Assembly (NCBI GenBank): GCA_008632985.1
Contig: QPGO01000089.1
Coordinates: 1 to 64,000 of the forward strand
Direction: 5' to 3'
DNA length: 64,000 nt
DNA from: Psammoneis japonica
Lineage: Eukaryota
Positions 41,303 to 54,529 of the stretch are shown here, piece by piece. The notes below the pieces were generated by a model. It was given only the letters and a program-made list of their open reading frames with translations, was not told where the DNA came from and did not search any database. The translations under genes were made by a program, and so were the position numbers. The first letter of the stretch is position 1, and each line of letters starts with the position of its first letter.

Positions 41303-42269
41303 CGGTTGCAACTGCATCACATGCTCAATCCCAAAAAAGAGTTGGCAGGCCTTCAATTTCCACACTTCAGCGGCACAAGAAACAGACAATCAACTTCAAC
41401 CAGGAGTTCACGAAGATCGCAGCATGTCCACTGCAATGCTCAAGAACATCCAAAGTTCCCAAAGAAAGCCGCTGACAATTTGGCCGTGGCTCTGCTTGCT
41501 GTGAAACATGCACAGCAGGAGATTTGTGAAGAGAGTGAGCGGCGCAACACATGCAATCACAATGGGGGCAGCGGCATCAACAAATGTGGATTGGCGACAA
41601 CAGCGCTTGTTTCAATGCAGGCAACACTTGAAATTGTGTGAAAACCCTGCAGAGAAGCCAACAGCCAGCCATGCTTTTCAAGTTTTGATGGGAAGTTGCA
41701 GCCCGTTTGCACTCTGCTGCTTGCAGGCTCTCCATGCTGACCTGCTGCAGCTGGCAGCAGGAAGAAACGAAACATCAGAGGCCATCAAGAGCACCAATCC
41801 TTTGGCCCAAAGCATTCCAAGAGATGTCTGTGGCCCACAGAACTGTTTTGAAACACAGGGAGAGGCAACACACCTTCCTCGAGCACCTTGGAGTTGATGT
41901 CCTTGACCACATTGGCAAGAACCCATCTTGTGCACAAAGTCAAAGGTGTGATGCAACAAGAAGCAGGGTGTGCTGGGCTTGATGCACTTGTCTCCCACCA
42001 CCCAAGCAAACAACCCATGTCATCTGCACACAACTCTGCCTTTGATGCAGCTGGCATTTGCTTTCAAAGTGGCTGTGCAGAAATGTGCAACATGGGTGAG
42101 ACTCATTGCCAAGTTTGAGCCCACTGCAGCAAGAGAGGGAGACCCTTGCAAGTCAGAACTTTGGAGGTCTCAACACCTGTCCACCCCCTGAGCTGTGGGG
42201 CAACAACAAAGTTCAGAGTGCCAGTGATTTGTCTTTGTGCATCATGGATCAGACCCAAGCATTTGACAT

Positions 42270-42807
42270 GGATCAAGTGATTGGCAGAGGCTGCAAACAT
42301 GCAGCAGATGAGCCTGGCAATGCTCCGCTGTTGTTCTCAAAGTGTTCCTTTGGTTGTTCCAAGGGAGCACTTCAATGCCCCAAGCCCTCAAGGGAGCACT
42401 TCAATGCCCCAAGCCCTCAGTTGTTTGGTTGGTTGGTTGCACCAGGGCCTTCTTTTGCTTTGGATTCAGCAGCTTCAGGTCTCACTCTGGAGCGGGTTGA
42501 GTGACTGGCGACAGCAACTGCACCAGACAAGCCCTTGCAGCAACACTCCGCCGCCATTTTCAAAGTGTTCCCTGGGGCCCACCAGAGTCCCTCAATGCCC
42601 TCAGCCTGCTTTTGTTGTTTTTTTGGCTGCATCAGTGTGTCTTTTCACTCTGGAGTCAGAAGCTTGAGCTCTCACTCTGTCATGGATCAAGTGGTTGGTG
42701 GCTGTGACTGCACCAGGTCCAGACGAGCCTTGCAATGCTCCGCTGCTGTTCTCAAAGTGTTCCCTGGGGTCCGCAAAAGACCTCCAATGCCCTCAGTTTG
42801 CAGTTGT
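42270..42807. repeat. Degenerate ~190-bp tandem repeat
   Basis: Recurring gccttgcaatgctccgc...ctcaaagtgttcc...caatgccctcag. Confidence 0.75.
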
Positions 42808-43434
42808 TGACAGAACACAGAAGGGCAAAGAGGATGATGAGGTGAAAGAGTCCCCAAGCACTGGGGCTGTGATGACATGAGTGCTGGCAGAGCAGAGGCA
42901 AGAGGCACATCTCAGAGAGATCTGCTCGACTGTCCAAATGGTCTGGCCATCATCCATGTGCAGCCTGTCCATCCTAAAACAGACATGCTGACACCCTCCC
43001 ATGATCTGCAATGTCCAAAGATGGAAGACAATGCAGGTCAAACAAAAAATGGGGATGATGCAAACAGAGAGACCACAGGACACAACAAGTGTCCAAGCCC
43101 GGTGTGCAACAAACAAGGGGGCAATGTGCAGCAGGAAAGGCTGCCATGGAAAAAAATGTCAACGGCTGTGTCCCATTGTGCATCAAGCATGGTGGGCATG
43201 GAGCACCCATCCCAGAGCCTTGGCAAGGCCATCACTGGGGTTGACAATGCCAGGGACATGTCAAGCAACAATCTTGCCCACCTCCTCCTTCCACTCTTGG
43301 ATTGCAGAGAACTGGACATGACACATTGCGAGTGCTTGGCAGGAATGGAGCAGTTGATGATCTTGATTGCTGCTGGTTTGTTGCCAACATGCATCAAGGG
43401 GGCAGGCTTCATCTGGGAGAAACCCAACTCATGA

Positions 43435-43824
43435 GACGGGTTCCAGTCCTAGGTGGGACTCCGTGTGACATTGGGCCCGTAGAATTCTACGTGCGAGCTC
43501 CGTAGTACGAGAATTTAATTGATGGATATGTTTATCTTCAACATCAAATAAACGGCCAAGTTTGTGGTACAATTATGCCTCTTGCCACTCGACTTTTTTG
43601 CAAATGCGCCTGCCCTACGCGATTCTTAAGACATTATAGAATCGCGCTGTAACAAAAAATGTCAAAAGTTGTTGGACGGATCGCTCAATTAGTGTACCGT
43701 AAAATGACAAAAAATATCGAAAAAATCACGTAGAAATCTACGTGCGCGACATACGACGTGATTCAAAAAACTATCGATGTCACAGTTCAGCAGTGCGAGG
43801 TCCCACCTAGACCTGGAACGCGTC
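43435..43824. mobile_element. MITE family 1, young copy with normal TpA content (390 bp)
   Basis: TIRs gacgggttccagtcctaggtgggac / gtcccacctagacctggaacgcgtc; perfect TSD ATGA; about 25 TpA. Confidence 0.95.
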
Positions 43825-44299
43825 ATGAAGAACATGGCAGAGACAAAGGACATGTTTGGCAGCAGTGCCAGCAGCACAGAACGTAGAGTCTGCATCAAAG
43901 AAACAAGCACGCAACTGTGGAAAATTGTTGAAAACCACGCGGCAGTCCATCAATGACAGGTTGCCTTGAGCAGGGCAGGAATCTGCTGGTCCAGCAGCTT
44001 TGTGGTCAAATGCTGGATGACTCTTGTGTGTGATCTGTTTGAGAGCCTTGCATCCATGATTGCCACAGCAGGAGGCAACACTCCGATGACGCTTGTGCTG
44101 TTCTTGGGAAACCCATCCGCCTTGGACAAAATCTTGTGAAGAGAACTCTGGGCTTCTTTGCAGTGGACATCTCGCACTGAGGCAAGACATTGTCCTTGCC
44201 ATTTCTGATTGTGAAACCCTTCTCACCACCTTGATCCTTGGCGAAACACCACAAAGGATGAACTGAGCAGCCAGAGTTGAAAGAGTGGTTTTGGAAGTT

Positions 44300-44695
44300 G
44301 ACGCGTTCCAGACGCAGGTGGGAATCCGTGTGACATTGGGCCCGCAGACTTCTACGTGCGAGCTCCGTAGTAAAATTATACGGCAATTAAAATGTCAATG
44401 ATCGCCAACTGAAAATGAGGCAATTTTGCGAACGCACAAACTCGCACATGATTGAAGTGCATCATTTTTTACTTAGCCAGTTACATTCTTCAGACATTGA
44501 AGAATGTAACTGGCGCATTTTTGTTTCTATAAATTTGTCACATAAAACGTCTGGGGCTTCGCAAAACAGCGAGTCTGGACAACATTTTTTAAATATCACA
44601 CGTAGAAATCTACGTACGAAACATACGACGGATGATAAAAATTATTGTTGTCACACGTCAGTGCTGCGAGCTCCCACCTAGGGCTGGAACGCGTC
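44300..44695. mobile_element. MITE family 1, other subfamily, young copy (396 bp)
   Basis: TIRs gacgcgttccag...ctggaacgcgtc; perfect TSD AGTT; TpA-rich. Confidence 0.95.
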
Positions 44696-46009
44696 AGTTT
44701 TGACACCATGCCCGCATCCCAGCAAGAGAATCATCATGACATGCAGGAGGTTCCCTGGACAACATCTTCTGATCAGGAGTCAAGCTCATTGCAAAAAGCA
44801 CCCCATCATTGAGGATGATGTGGTCTGAGGCATTGACACAATGACAGAAGCCATGGCCACAATGGACGAGTGATCTCTTCAGGGCAGCTGTGCCATGTTC
44901 TTTGTGGTCACAGCATTCTCGTGCATCAGCGAGCAGTGTGTTGGAGTTGAAGAGGCAGTTTGGTGTCATGGATGATGCAGTGCTCCCTGATGTTTTGAGA
45001 GCAGCAGTGAAAGGCAGAGCATGGCTTGATGCAAACTCACTGAGAGCTGCCGCTGAGTCATTCACACCAGCTGTTGCAGTGCCTGCACCAGTCAAGGATG
45101 AGGGTTTGGGCAGCTCCTTCTGCTGGCAGGGCTTGGGAGAAAACTCTTTCCAAATGTCACATCTGGATCAACACGGATGTGTTGTGCAGGTGTGACAATG
45201 AATGAAGTCTGATCATGACTCTGAAGGTTCATTGTGTTGATGGATGACAGAGCTGTGGATGTCAAACAAATTGCATGAGGCCTGTCGGGGTCTGCGACAT
45301 GGAGTGGAGCTTGGTCCACAATCATTTTAATGGATTGCATGTCTGCAGGGTCCACTGTGCAAGGTGGAAATGCTTGGTCGACAAGGCAATCTCAGGGCAA
45401 GTCCACAATGTTTGTCTTGGGTCCAGCATGCTCTGGATTGTCAAAGAACGGGTCCAGATCAAATGTTGAATCTGCACAGATCATGTTCAGGCATGCACAG
45501 AGATTTGGCGTCATTGCACGTGCTTGGGGTTCACAATGGATCTCTGCAACAGATGCAGGAGTGGCCTTTGCAAGGTTGGGAGACACCATGGTTTTACTTG
45601 GTGAAAACATTTTTGGTCACGCACACGCAGAAATCTGGTGTGTTTCTACGGTCATGAAAAATGCTGGGAAAGCACAAAAAAAATGTTTCGGGAACAAAGA
45701 CGAGGCTTCCTTGATCGGCTCACAAAGCAAGAAATGAAAAGAAACAGAGAGCATGGCACAGAGTTCTGTGGCACAGCGTGAGGCCATGACTTGACAGAAT
45801 GCCAAAGGTCAATGATGACAGAGGCATGAAAGACTCCCTGAGCACTGGGGCTGTGACAACACGAGCACCAGCAGATGAAGGGTGAGAGGCCGAACTGAGA
45901 GAGATCTGCTCATTCACCCAAATGGCCTGGTCTCATTGTCTGCACACAGTCTGTCCATTGCAGGACAGACAGGCTGACAGGATGCAGGACATCAGCTGTG
46001 GACAGCAGA

Positions 46010-46300
46010 TCATGGACGGTGGATGGAGGGTGGGGTGTGGCAGATGGTGGGTGGATCATGCTGGATGGCAGATGGTGGACAAATGGTGGAGGATGGTTGA
46101 TGATTGCTGGTGGATGGCAGCCAGGGGCTGGTGGATGAAGGGTTCTTCTGAGTGCCAGGTGGTGTGTGGTGGATGCTGGGTGCTGGACATGATCTTGTGG
46201 AGCACGCTTGGTGGCAGATGATGCTGATTGCTGGATGGCTGATGGCGGGTGGCAGATGGGAGAGTGGCTGGTGCAGGAACAGGGACATGCTGGGTGAGGG
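46010..46300. repeat. GGATGG/GGTGG-rich low-complexity tract
   Basis: Degenerate short repeats with strong G skew. Confidence 0.6.
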
Positions 46301-46469
46301 ATCTCAGAACCCTTGTCTGCAGTGGAAGTGCTGTGTGTGGCCTGACACCCCTGTCAACACTGCCAGTGGAGAAAGATTGGCCAGCTCTCTTTTGGCTCAC
46401 ATTTTGATGGGAGCAATGTGCAGTGCTTGCAGAGTGGCAAAAAGCAGCTGATCTGGCTTCTTGGCCCAG

Positions 46470-46916
46470 CGCAGCATGCGTGCAGACAAAAGGTTGTTTT
46501 TGTCATGCCCTTTGTGACATTTAAAGGCTGCAACACGTCGCCGTGACACATTGACTCTCATCAGCAGCTGCACGTTGCACTCCTCCCCATGTGTCGCGCG
46601 TCCATGCGGCTCTTTGCTGACGTGCACTGACACTGCACGGTTTTGGCAGAACAGTGTGGGTGCGTGCGAAGGAACATGCACAACTGCACAGAGTTTTGCG
46701 CGTTCGACAGTGATCAACGTTGCTGCAGACAACTCCCACTCAGGGTTTCGAACCCCTGGCCTCCTGCCCAATGGTTGCGATGAACCACTCCGCTGTGAAT
46801 TCATGATGCAGCGTGCATGCAGACAAAAGGTTGTTTTTGTCACACCCTTTGCGACATTTAAAGGCTGCAACACGTCGCCGTGATACATTGACTCTCATTG
46901 GCAGCTGCACATTGCA
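46470..46916 (-). mobile_element. TRIM-like miniature LTR element with internal tRNA-like (A/B box) sequence
   Basis: 110-bp direct repeats 46470-46579 and 46807-46916; PPT ggggaggag on minus; flanks CCAG/CCAA; internal agcggagtggtt and ggttcgaaacc on minus. Confidence 0.7.
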
Positions 46917-47859
46917 CCAATTTCATCCCTCTTTTTTGTCTCTGACATGCCCTGAAGTCTGAGGGAAGGTTTGGCAACAACAAATCTCACACCCATTCTG
47001 AAATGATGTGCTGCTTCATTTGGGAGTGCCGCTTGTTGAAGCCAAGCCACTTTTGATTCAAGGAATGCATCATTTCCTCTTGGCTCCTGCTTGCCTGGCT
47101 TGGCTCAACTTCCTCCCATGCCAAGGCCAGTTCCTCAAACAACATTGTGCCCTTTTGCAACAACGCATTTGTTCTCTTTCAGCAACACACAGCTGCTCTA
47201 GAGAGAGGGCCAGTGCCACAAAAAAAAGAAAAGCCAGTCCCAAATCTCAGGCTCAAGCTCATAAGATCATCCAACTTCACCTTGACAGCATTGTGCTTTC
47301 ATTGCAGTTCTGCAGACAAAGCATGGATCACAATCTGACTGGCGCTGCTTTGTTTCTGGCTGCAGACATGCCACAACATTGGCGACGTTGTGCAATTCTC
47401 AAGGAACAAGATGTGATCTTGCACATGCAATGTCAGACAAGCACGTCTTTTGGTCTCACAAGTCTTGCATGGATCTCCTTGGATGAGAGAGTGGCAGGTG
47501 GCATTGCAGTGATGGGGCCAACCCTTGCTTGCAACAGCATGTGTTTGAAAGCATGCCATCCACCGCACTTTTCAAGAAGGAGCTCATCCAATGGCAAGCC
47601 CATTTACAAAGGAGGAAGTGACTCCACAAACGCCAATGTGTGTGGCATGTCCTCAAAGCTGCACTGCCAGATTTCCAGCTGGACAACCCAGTTTTTGTTC
47701 AAGTCCATGGGTGAAAGCCAGAGAAAAAGACATCCCAAGCAGCAGAAAGCCTCAGCCCATGAAAGAGAGGTTGAGTTGGAAAGGCCAAAAAATTGTCTTT
47801 CAGCAGCAGGAATTCTTTTGATCATTCAACGTGGCATGAAGTCACCTGTTTCTGTGCTG

Positions 47860-48700
47860 ATTTTTGCAGCAGATGGGCCTTGCAATTCTCTGCCTCTGTT
47901 CTCAAAGTGCTCCTTTTGTTCAAAGAGAGACCTTCAATGCCCTCAGTTTGCAGTTGTTGGGTTGTTTGGTTCCTTCAGGATCCTCTTTCACTTTAGATTC
48001 AGCAGCTTCAGGTCTCACTCTAGAGAGTGGGTTGATTGACTGCTGGGTGGAGCTGCGCCAGATGTTCCTTGCAACACTCCACCACCATTCTCAAAGTGTT
48101 CTCTGGGGCTCACCAGAGACCAATGCCCTCAGCCTGCTTTTGTTGTTTTTTTGGTTGCATCAGTGTGTCCTTTCACTCTTGAGTCAGGAGCATCAGCTCT
48201 CACTCTGGCACGGATCAAGTGGTCAGTGGCTGCAACTGCACCAGATGAGCCTTTCAATGCTCCACCACTTTTTTCAAAGTGCTCCTTTTGTTCCAAGGGA
48301 GCACTGCAATGCCCTCAGTTTGCAGTTGTTGGGTTGTTTGGTTGCGTTGTCAGTGTGTCCCTTTGCTCTGGAGCAAGGAGCTTCAGCTTTCACTCTGGCA
48401 TGGGTGACTTGGTTGGCAGCTGCAGCTGCACCAGATGAGCCTTGCAATGCTCCGCCACTGTTCTCAAAGTGTTCTTGGTTCCTCAAGAGACCTTCAATGA
48501 ACGCATCCTGCAGCTGTTGGGTTTTTAGATTGAGTCAGTGTGTCCTTTCACTCTGGAGGCAGGAGCTTCAGCTCTCACCACTCTGGCATGGATCAAGTGA
48601 TTGGAGGCTGCAAATGCAGCAGACAAGCCTTGCAATGTGCTGCTGCTGTTCTCAAAGTGTTCCCTTGGGTTCACAGGAGACCTTCAATGCCCTCAGTCTG
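47860..48700. repeat. Degenerate ~190-bp tandem repeat, same family as 42270-42807
   Basis: tcaaagtg anchors near 47901, 48091, 48274, 48463, 48652. Confidence 0.8.
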
Positions 48701-49618
48701 CATGCTGATGCAAGAAAAAAAACAGGAGGTGGCATCTGTGCCAGCAATTCGACTCTTCCTGGGGCTGAATGTTGACAAGCTGACTGTTGCTGTGGACTTT
48801 GTTCTGGGTGCTGCGTGAGCTGTGGTTGCCACAAGCCACAAACAGGATGTGATCTAAGAAGGAATCTAGAACCTCAAGGGGGGCTGGAGGCAGAAGGAGA
48901 ACAGTTGCTTCTGTCAGAACAGAACAAACATGCATCACATCTCAAATTGTGCTGCCGTTCAACAAATGCTGTTGCCTGCAGCATCCAGTCTTCTTTCTTC
49001 TTTTGCACCCCCCCCCCCCCCCCCCCCCCCGCCAAATGAGAGTCTCAATGGCATGCCCAGCTCTCTCATTGCTCCCACGCTTCATGGCTTGACTCCAGTG
49101 CTTGGAGCCACAGTCACATGGTTGACTTTGTCTGCCATGTTTTCATGCTTGGCATCCATGATGGGTGCTGCCAGAGGTGCAGAACTCATTTTGCTTGCAG
49201 GGACAGTGTGGCTTGGCTTTGCCGTGCCTGGCCACATCAATGAAACATGCCCAAGCCAAATCCAGGGTGACCCAGACAACCACCACAGCCACCCATCATG
49301 ATGAAAAAATTCAATTGCAAGCATTGAAGGAAAGAACAGCTTCATTGACGCTGAGACACTCCTCCTCAACCTGTGAACAAAAATGCAAAAAATCAGATTG
49401 TGGTGGCTTGTGGCACCCATCAACATGAAAATCCCAGCATCATGTCTTGGAAGTTCTGAACATGGAAAGCAGGCTCTGAACAAACACCAGACTGAGTCCT
49501 GACATGATGCTGCAGTTCGTCCATGTTGCGGGGCTGAGAACGCTGCTTCTTTGAGTCAACAGTGATCAACCAGTGGGTGGCAGCAGACATTGTCTGCCCC
49601 CCCCAGAGAAATGTCCAT

Positions 49619-49872
49619 GGTTGAGAAAAGACACAGTGCAAGCTGCGGGCTTTTGTTCTTGTCCCCTAAAACAACCAGGGGGTTGTCAAATTGTGAGTGG
49701 TTGAGAAAAGAAACAGCGCAAGCTGTGGGCTTTTCAGGGTCATCAAATTGCCACACAGCACAAGCTGCAGGCTTTTGTTTTTGTCCCCCAAAACAACGAG
49801 GGTTGTCAAATTGTGAGTGGTTGAGAAAAGAAACAGCACAAGCTGTGGGCTTTTCAGGGTTGTCAAATTGCC
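49619..49872. repeat. ~120-bp tandem repeat with internal subrepeats
   Basis: 49681-49740 nearly identical to 49801-49860. Confidence 0.85.
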
Positions 49873-50599
49873 AGCGGAGTTCACAAACTTGCAAACATGT
49901 TGTTTGCTGAAGTGTGGGTTTGTCATTTGTGACACAGAACTTTGTTGAAACAGAGTTTGTTTTTGGAAAGTTTCTCATCTCCAAGCATGCTGCTGTCCAC
50001 ATGTTCAATGGCACAAACCACCAAATGTCTCCATGAGCCATTTGAAATGGCTTGTGATTTCCATGAGCTGTTTTCCAAAAAGCTGAGCTCACTTTGATGA
50101 ATTGCCTCTTCTTCTCTGCATTGCTGATGTCACACATTGGGCAAAATGTGAGTCCAGCATGGGCCAGAGTGAACCAAGAGCATGTTTTGCCAAGTGCACA
50201 TCTTTCTGTGGAGAGCTTGGAGGAATGGGCCCAGCAGCTTGGCTGCTTGCTTGTCAACCAATTGACAAGAACAACGGAGCAATCTCCAGAGGCAAACTTT
50301 GACTGCCACTGCACAAAAATTCAGCTGCTGTTGGCAAAATGGAGCCCCATCCTTCAAGTGCAAACAGCACCACAACAAGCACAACAACATCATGGAGAGC
50401 AACATTCATGGATCTGCATGCCAGTGTTTCCAGGTGAGTTCAAAGAGGCTGAACAACATTGATGTGATTCATCCACACCTGGGCTGAACTTGGGGCTTCT
50501 CTCATTGCTTGTTGCCATGCCATTTTGCAACAATTTGACACATCCCATGTTCTTTTTTTCTTTGAAATGAGGTCTTGCAGTGTTTTGTGCATCTCACAC

Positions 50600-50700
50600 T
50601 TCTGCCTTGGCCATTTTGTGCCCTTGTTGTTGGCCATTTTACCCCCTTGGTGATTTTGTGCCTTCAGCAATTTTGTGCCCTTGACCCTCACAAAATCATT
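50600..50700 (-). repeat. Degenerate satellite remnant
   Basis: ccttggccattttgtgccc monomers. Confidence 0.7.
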
Positions 50701-52035
50701 GATGAAGGGAGCGCCCACTGACATTGCTGCACCCTCAGTGGGGGGCATGGGACAAACCCTGGCAGCTTTGTCAGAACAGCCTTCAAACAGCAAAGAATGA
50801 CCAGCTGCACCCCATGCAAGCACAAGGGGGCCATGGGATGAACCCTGGCAGCATGCTGAGCATTTTGAATGTCGCCCCCCCATGAGGGGCAGGATTGCAA
50901 ATGCATGAGCAGAAAAAGGCGGTTCTTGAGATGGAGACTTCCCCTCCACACTCTTGACTGCATTCTGACACTGCTTCTTTGACAGACAAGAGTGGTGGAA
51001 ACCCCTTCTTGCCTTTGACCTGCCTGATTGGGATGAGAACAGCAACCCATTGCAGTGGTGCAGATGTGTCACTCGCTTTGCAAAATGAAACAATGACAGC
51101 ACCAAGTGCAAAAAAATTGTCAACAAAATTTGTCGTGACATTCCAGCTGAACAAAATGAAAATTTTAGAGAGCAAACAAACTGGCGCGCGTTGAACAGAA
51201 CATTGGCACAATCAGAGCCGCAGGTGGAAATCTTTGCAGCCATTGAAAAACAGCCTTAACATGGGGAAAAAGAGGTGGCAAATGAAACAAAAAAGACAGC
51301 ATCTGCCAAAAAAAGCAGGTGAATTTGTGCGGGGCACTGCCAGTGAAGAGAACACATGGGAAGGAGGCCCGCTGGGAGAAGTTGGGAGAGTGTGTCTGTT
51401 TCACTCAGAAGAAAAAGACAAATTTGGTCAAGAAAACATCAATTGGATTTGATTGTGCTGCAGGAGTCATGCAAAGTGGTGTGGAAACAATGCAATTTTG
51501 TTGCACCAAATGAGGGTCAGCCCACATTTGAGGAACAGAAACCCAACAGACCAGTGCAAAACCCACATGGAGCCCACCTCTGATGTCACTGAGTGCTTGT
51601 GTGCATCAGGGGCAAGGAGCAGAGATGTGAGATGCCAGATTTGTTTTCTTTTTGGCTGTGCTGCAGCCCGCACAAAGTGCCCCCCTGTCGTCATTGATGG
51701 CGCAGTCTGTGCAAAATGCTGTGGTCCTCGTCATGTTGCTCAATTTCCCACGAGGTTGAAAAAAGCAGGCCACCATGATTGCCAAAAGCTGCGGCCATTT
51801 TGGCTGTGATTTGGCTTGCACTTTGTCAATGTGATCATGACCATGCAATGTCAATGTTGAACAAAGCACAAAATGTTCATTTTTTGTGCAAAAAGGAGGG
51901 GCGTCTGTGTTTTGCTGTTGCTCAAGCAACTTTGCATTTTCTTGCTGCTCTTTCCACATTGCTGCTGCCTGCACTGCTGTTGCTGATGCACCTCTGCTTG
52001 TTGTTTTTTTTTAACATGCAAAGTGCCCGATCCGC

Positions 52036-52430
52036 GACGTGCTCCAGCTCCAGGTGGGACCTCGTGCAGCTGCGCTGTGACATCAACAGTTTTTTGGATC
52101 ACGTCGCATGCGCGCACATTTCTGCGTGTTGTGTTCTGTGAAATTGTTTCATGCTCCCTGTTTTTGCAAAGCCAAAGGGCTTTCTGTTTTCAACAGTTGT
52201 GAGAGTCGAAAGTGTGCTGGGTGTGTTCTTCAATGTCTGTGGAGCACACCTGGACAAACCATTGTTGGTGCACTTCAAGTGTGAAGGAGGAGATGCGTTC
52301 GTAAAATTGCCTCTTTTTCTGTTGGCGATCATTCACATTTTCATTGCAGGTCAAATTTGCTGCAGAGCTTGCGCACAGAATTCCATGGGCCCAATGTCAC
52401 ACGGAGTCCCGCCCAGGACTGGAACCCGTC
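52036..52430. mobile_element. MITE family 1 copy (395 bp), TpA-depleted
   Basis: TIRs gacgtgctccag...ctggaacccgtc; flanks CCGC/CTGC. Confidence 0.9.
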
Positions 52431-52625
52431 CTGCCGACAACGAGCACAAACCAAGACCAGCACAATTTGCAGAGTGCACAGCCATGCGGCAAAGTGCTGC
52501 TCATCAGCATTGGCTCCAACATGCCATGCATTTGTGTCTTTTCCATGATGGAGTTTGGGTTTGTTTCTTTTGTCCATCTGGTGCCATTTAAAAAGGAGTG
52601 CCGTGCGCCAAGGTTTTTTGCCAGC

Positions 52626-53635
52626 GATGTGTTTTCAACCCAGGTGGGTCACTTGGGGACAATGCACGAGGTTTTCTGCACATTTCTGCACGACACGCAC
52701 TTTTTGCACCACAATCGTGCGCAATTTTTGAGCTCCCAGATGATGCCATCTTTTTTTCATGCCTCATCCACAAGGTCAATGCAACGATGTGGTTGAAGTT
52801 TTGATTTTTGCTGTTTGTTGTGTCTTGTGGATGGCCTTTTTCCTCATGATGTTTTTTGTGCCAATTTTTCTCATCCTCAGATTGTGATGTGGCATTCTTC
52901 GACATGCAAGGCTCTGTTGACTTGATGCTTCATGCACGCAACAACGTGTGTCTTTGTGATGCATCAGTGTGATTTTTGTGATGCATTGAACGCACTTCAA
53001 GTCAGTGTGGATGATGCTTTTGGGTCACACGCAAACATCAAACATTGGCGCCGACAAAAGAATGACTCTTCATTCAGTTTTAAGGGTGCACGGTGATGAA
53101 GAAGCCACTGGACAAGTCCAATGGGTGCAATGTTGTAAAGCAGAACAAAAAAAGGGACGTCTGTGTGTTGCATCCATTTTGCTTTGTTCCAAGGCAGAAC
53201 CAGTCAATTGCACATGGAAATGCTGTCTACATTGTTTCATTGTTGCCGCTGCTTCTGCTCATCAAATGACCCAATTGCTCCACATTCATCAAACTTTGTT
53301 GCTGCTGGCATGCAGCTGACTCAAGACTCCCACACAGGTCAACAAATCAGTCGATCTTTGAAACAGCAGATTGTGCAAAAATGCACACATGAAGTCACCA
53401 AAAAGTTAATTTCAAACGAGCTTTCTCTTTTTGTCCACACCCTCCAACGAACAAAGAAGGCGGCCGGTCATTGAAAATGAGCAGATCTGATGAAAGAACA
53501 AGCAAAAAATCAGGGGAAAGTGTGAGCTCGGATGAGAATTTTTTCTCGCACAAAAAGCACGGTGACGGAAAACAGACAGACACAATGTCACACCCTCGTG
53601 TGCGCGCAACCCACCTGGGATGATGAAAACACATC
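52626..53635. mobile_element. Non-autonomous TIR element family 2 (1010 bp), inverted relative to 35747-37063
   Basis: Termini gatgtgttttca...gaaaacacatc; TSD CAGC; internal similarity to the 35747 element. Confidence 0.88.
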
Positions 53636-53675
53636 CAGCACAGCAGCACTTTCAAATGATTGGAGAGAGGAGAAT

Positions 53676-54032
53676 GACGGGTTCCAGTCCCAGGTGAGAC
53701 TTTTTGTGACATTTGCCCCGCAGAATTCTGCGTGCGAGCTCTGCAGCTCATGCTCTGGTCAATGAACACATTTGTCTTTGACACAAAATGAACGGCCAAG
53801 TTTGCAGCACATGTGTCTCTGTTTGCACTCGAAGTTTTGGACAGCGTGCCTGCCCTGCGCCATTCTTGGGACACTCGAGAATGGCGCAGAAGAAAAAATG
53901 TTAAAAGTTGTTGAATGGATCGCCTGACAATGTGCTGTAAAATGACACAAAATTTTGCCAAAATCACGTGTAAATGTGCATGTGCGACATGCGACGCGAT
54001 TCAAAAAACTGTGACAAGACCTGGAGCGCGTC
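53676..54032. mobile_element. MITE family 1 copy with small deletion near right TIR
   Basis: gacgggttccagtcccaggtg...ctggagcgcgtc; flanks GAAT/AAAC. Confidence 0.88.
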
Positions 54033-54529
54033 AAACGCTGCTGCTGCAAGAACGCACACACTTTAGAGGCAAGTGGTGCTGGAAGCAGCATGTTGGAAAT
54101 GAGACCTGAGTCAAGTGCACTTGGAGCGCCAGCTTTCTTCTCAGCTTTCTTCTTGATTGTTCTCGGCCCAGCTGATGGGAGACCCTGCCACGTGTTGTTT
54201 TTTTTCTGTGCCACACAGCACTTTTCTTTTTTGCTTCTCTTTCATCAGAGGCGGCAACACAGTGGCTTTCAATTTTCTACATGCAAATGTTGCCAATCAC
54301 AGTTGATTTTGTTGCACCTTTGATTGTCATTTTTGCATTTAAATTGAAGCAACACACTGAACTCATTAAATCCGTTTTATGCCAACATTTGTCATCCATT
54401 TGTGTTTGATCATTCTCAACAATTTAATTCGATTTTCGCTTTTGTTGGATTTTGTAAATTTCCATTTGATCTTAATGTCACATTTGCATTGAACTGACAT
54501 CTTTGATTTTGGTTTTTAATGTCTCCACA

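Larger units (their letters stand above)
42808..45979 (-). mobile_element. Old internally deleted Ty1/copia element with ~187-bp LTRs
   Basis: Diverged direct repeats 42808-42993 and 45792-45979 (TG..CA); PPT gggaggg; PBS-like agtcatggcctc; RNase H C-terminal remnant (NPSDGLAKALGWVLH) at ~43170-43430; no TSD match found. Confidence 0.7.

Noticed and set aside
41303..42200. Possible further gag remnant
   Set aside because: Only vague resemblance; too degraded to support.
43435..44695. Classical RIP making these two MITEs TpA-rich
   Set aside because: They have perfect TSDs and good TIRs and retain many CpA/CpG; protein motifs elsewhere show TA is the ancestral state.
46730..46800. Functional tRNA gene
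   Set aside because: Only A/B boxes and a T-arm are evident; no convincing acceptor or anticodon stem, and it lies inside a repeat element.
49008..49030. Poly-C run as G-quadruplex or polyproline CDS
   Set aside because: Isolated homopolymer with no supporting context; length unreliable.
47008..52030. Medium ORFs such as 47008..48039 and 50440..51243 as genes
   Set aside because: No recognisable motifs; expected by chance once TAA/TAG are depleted.
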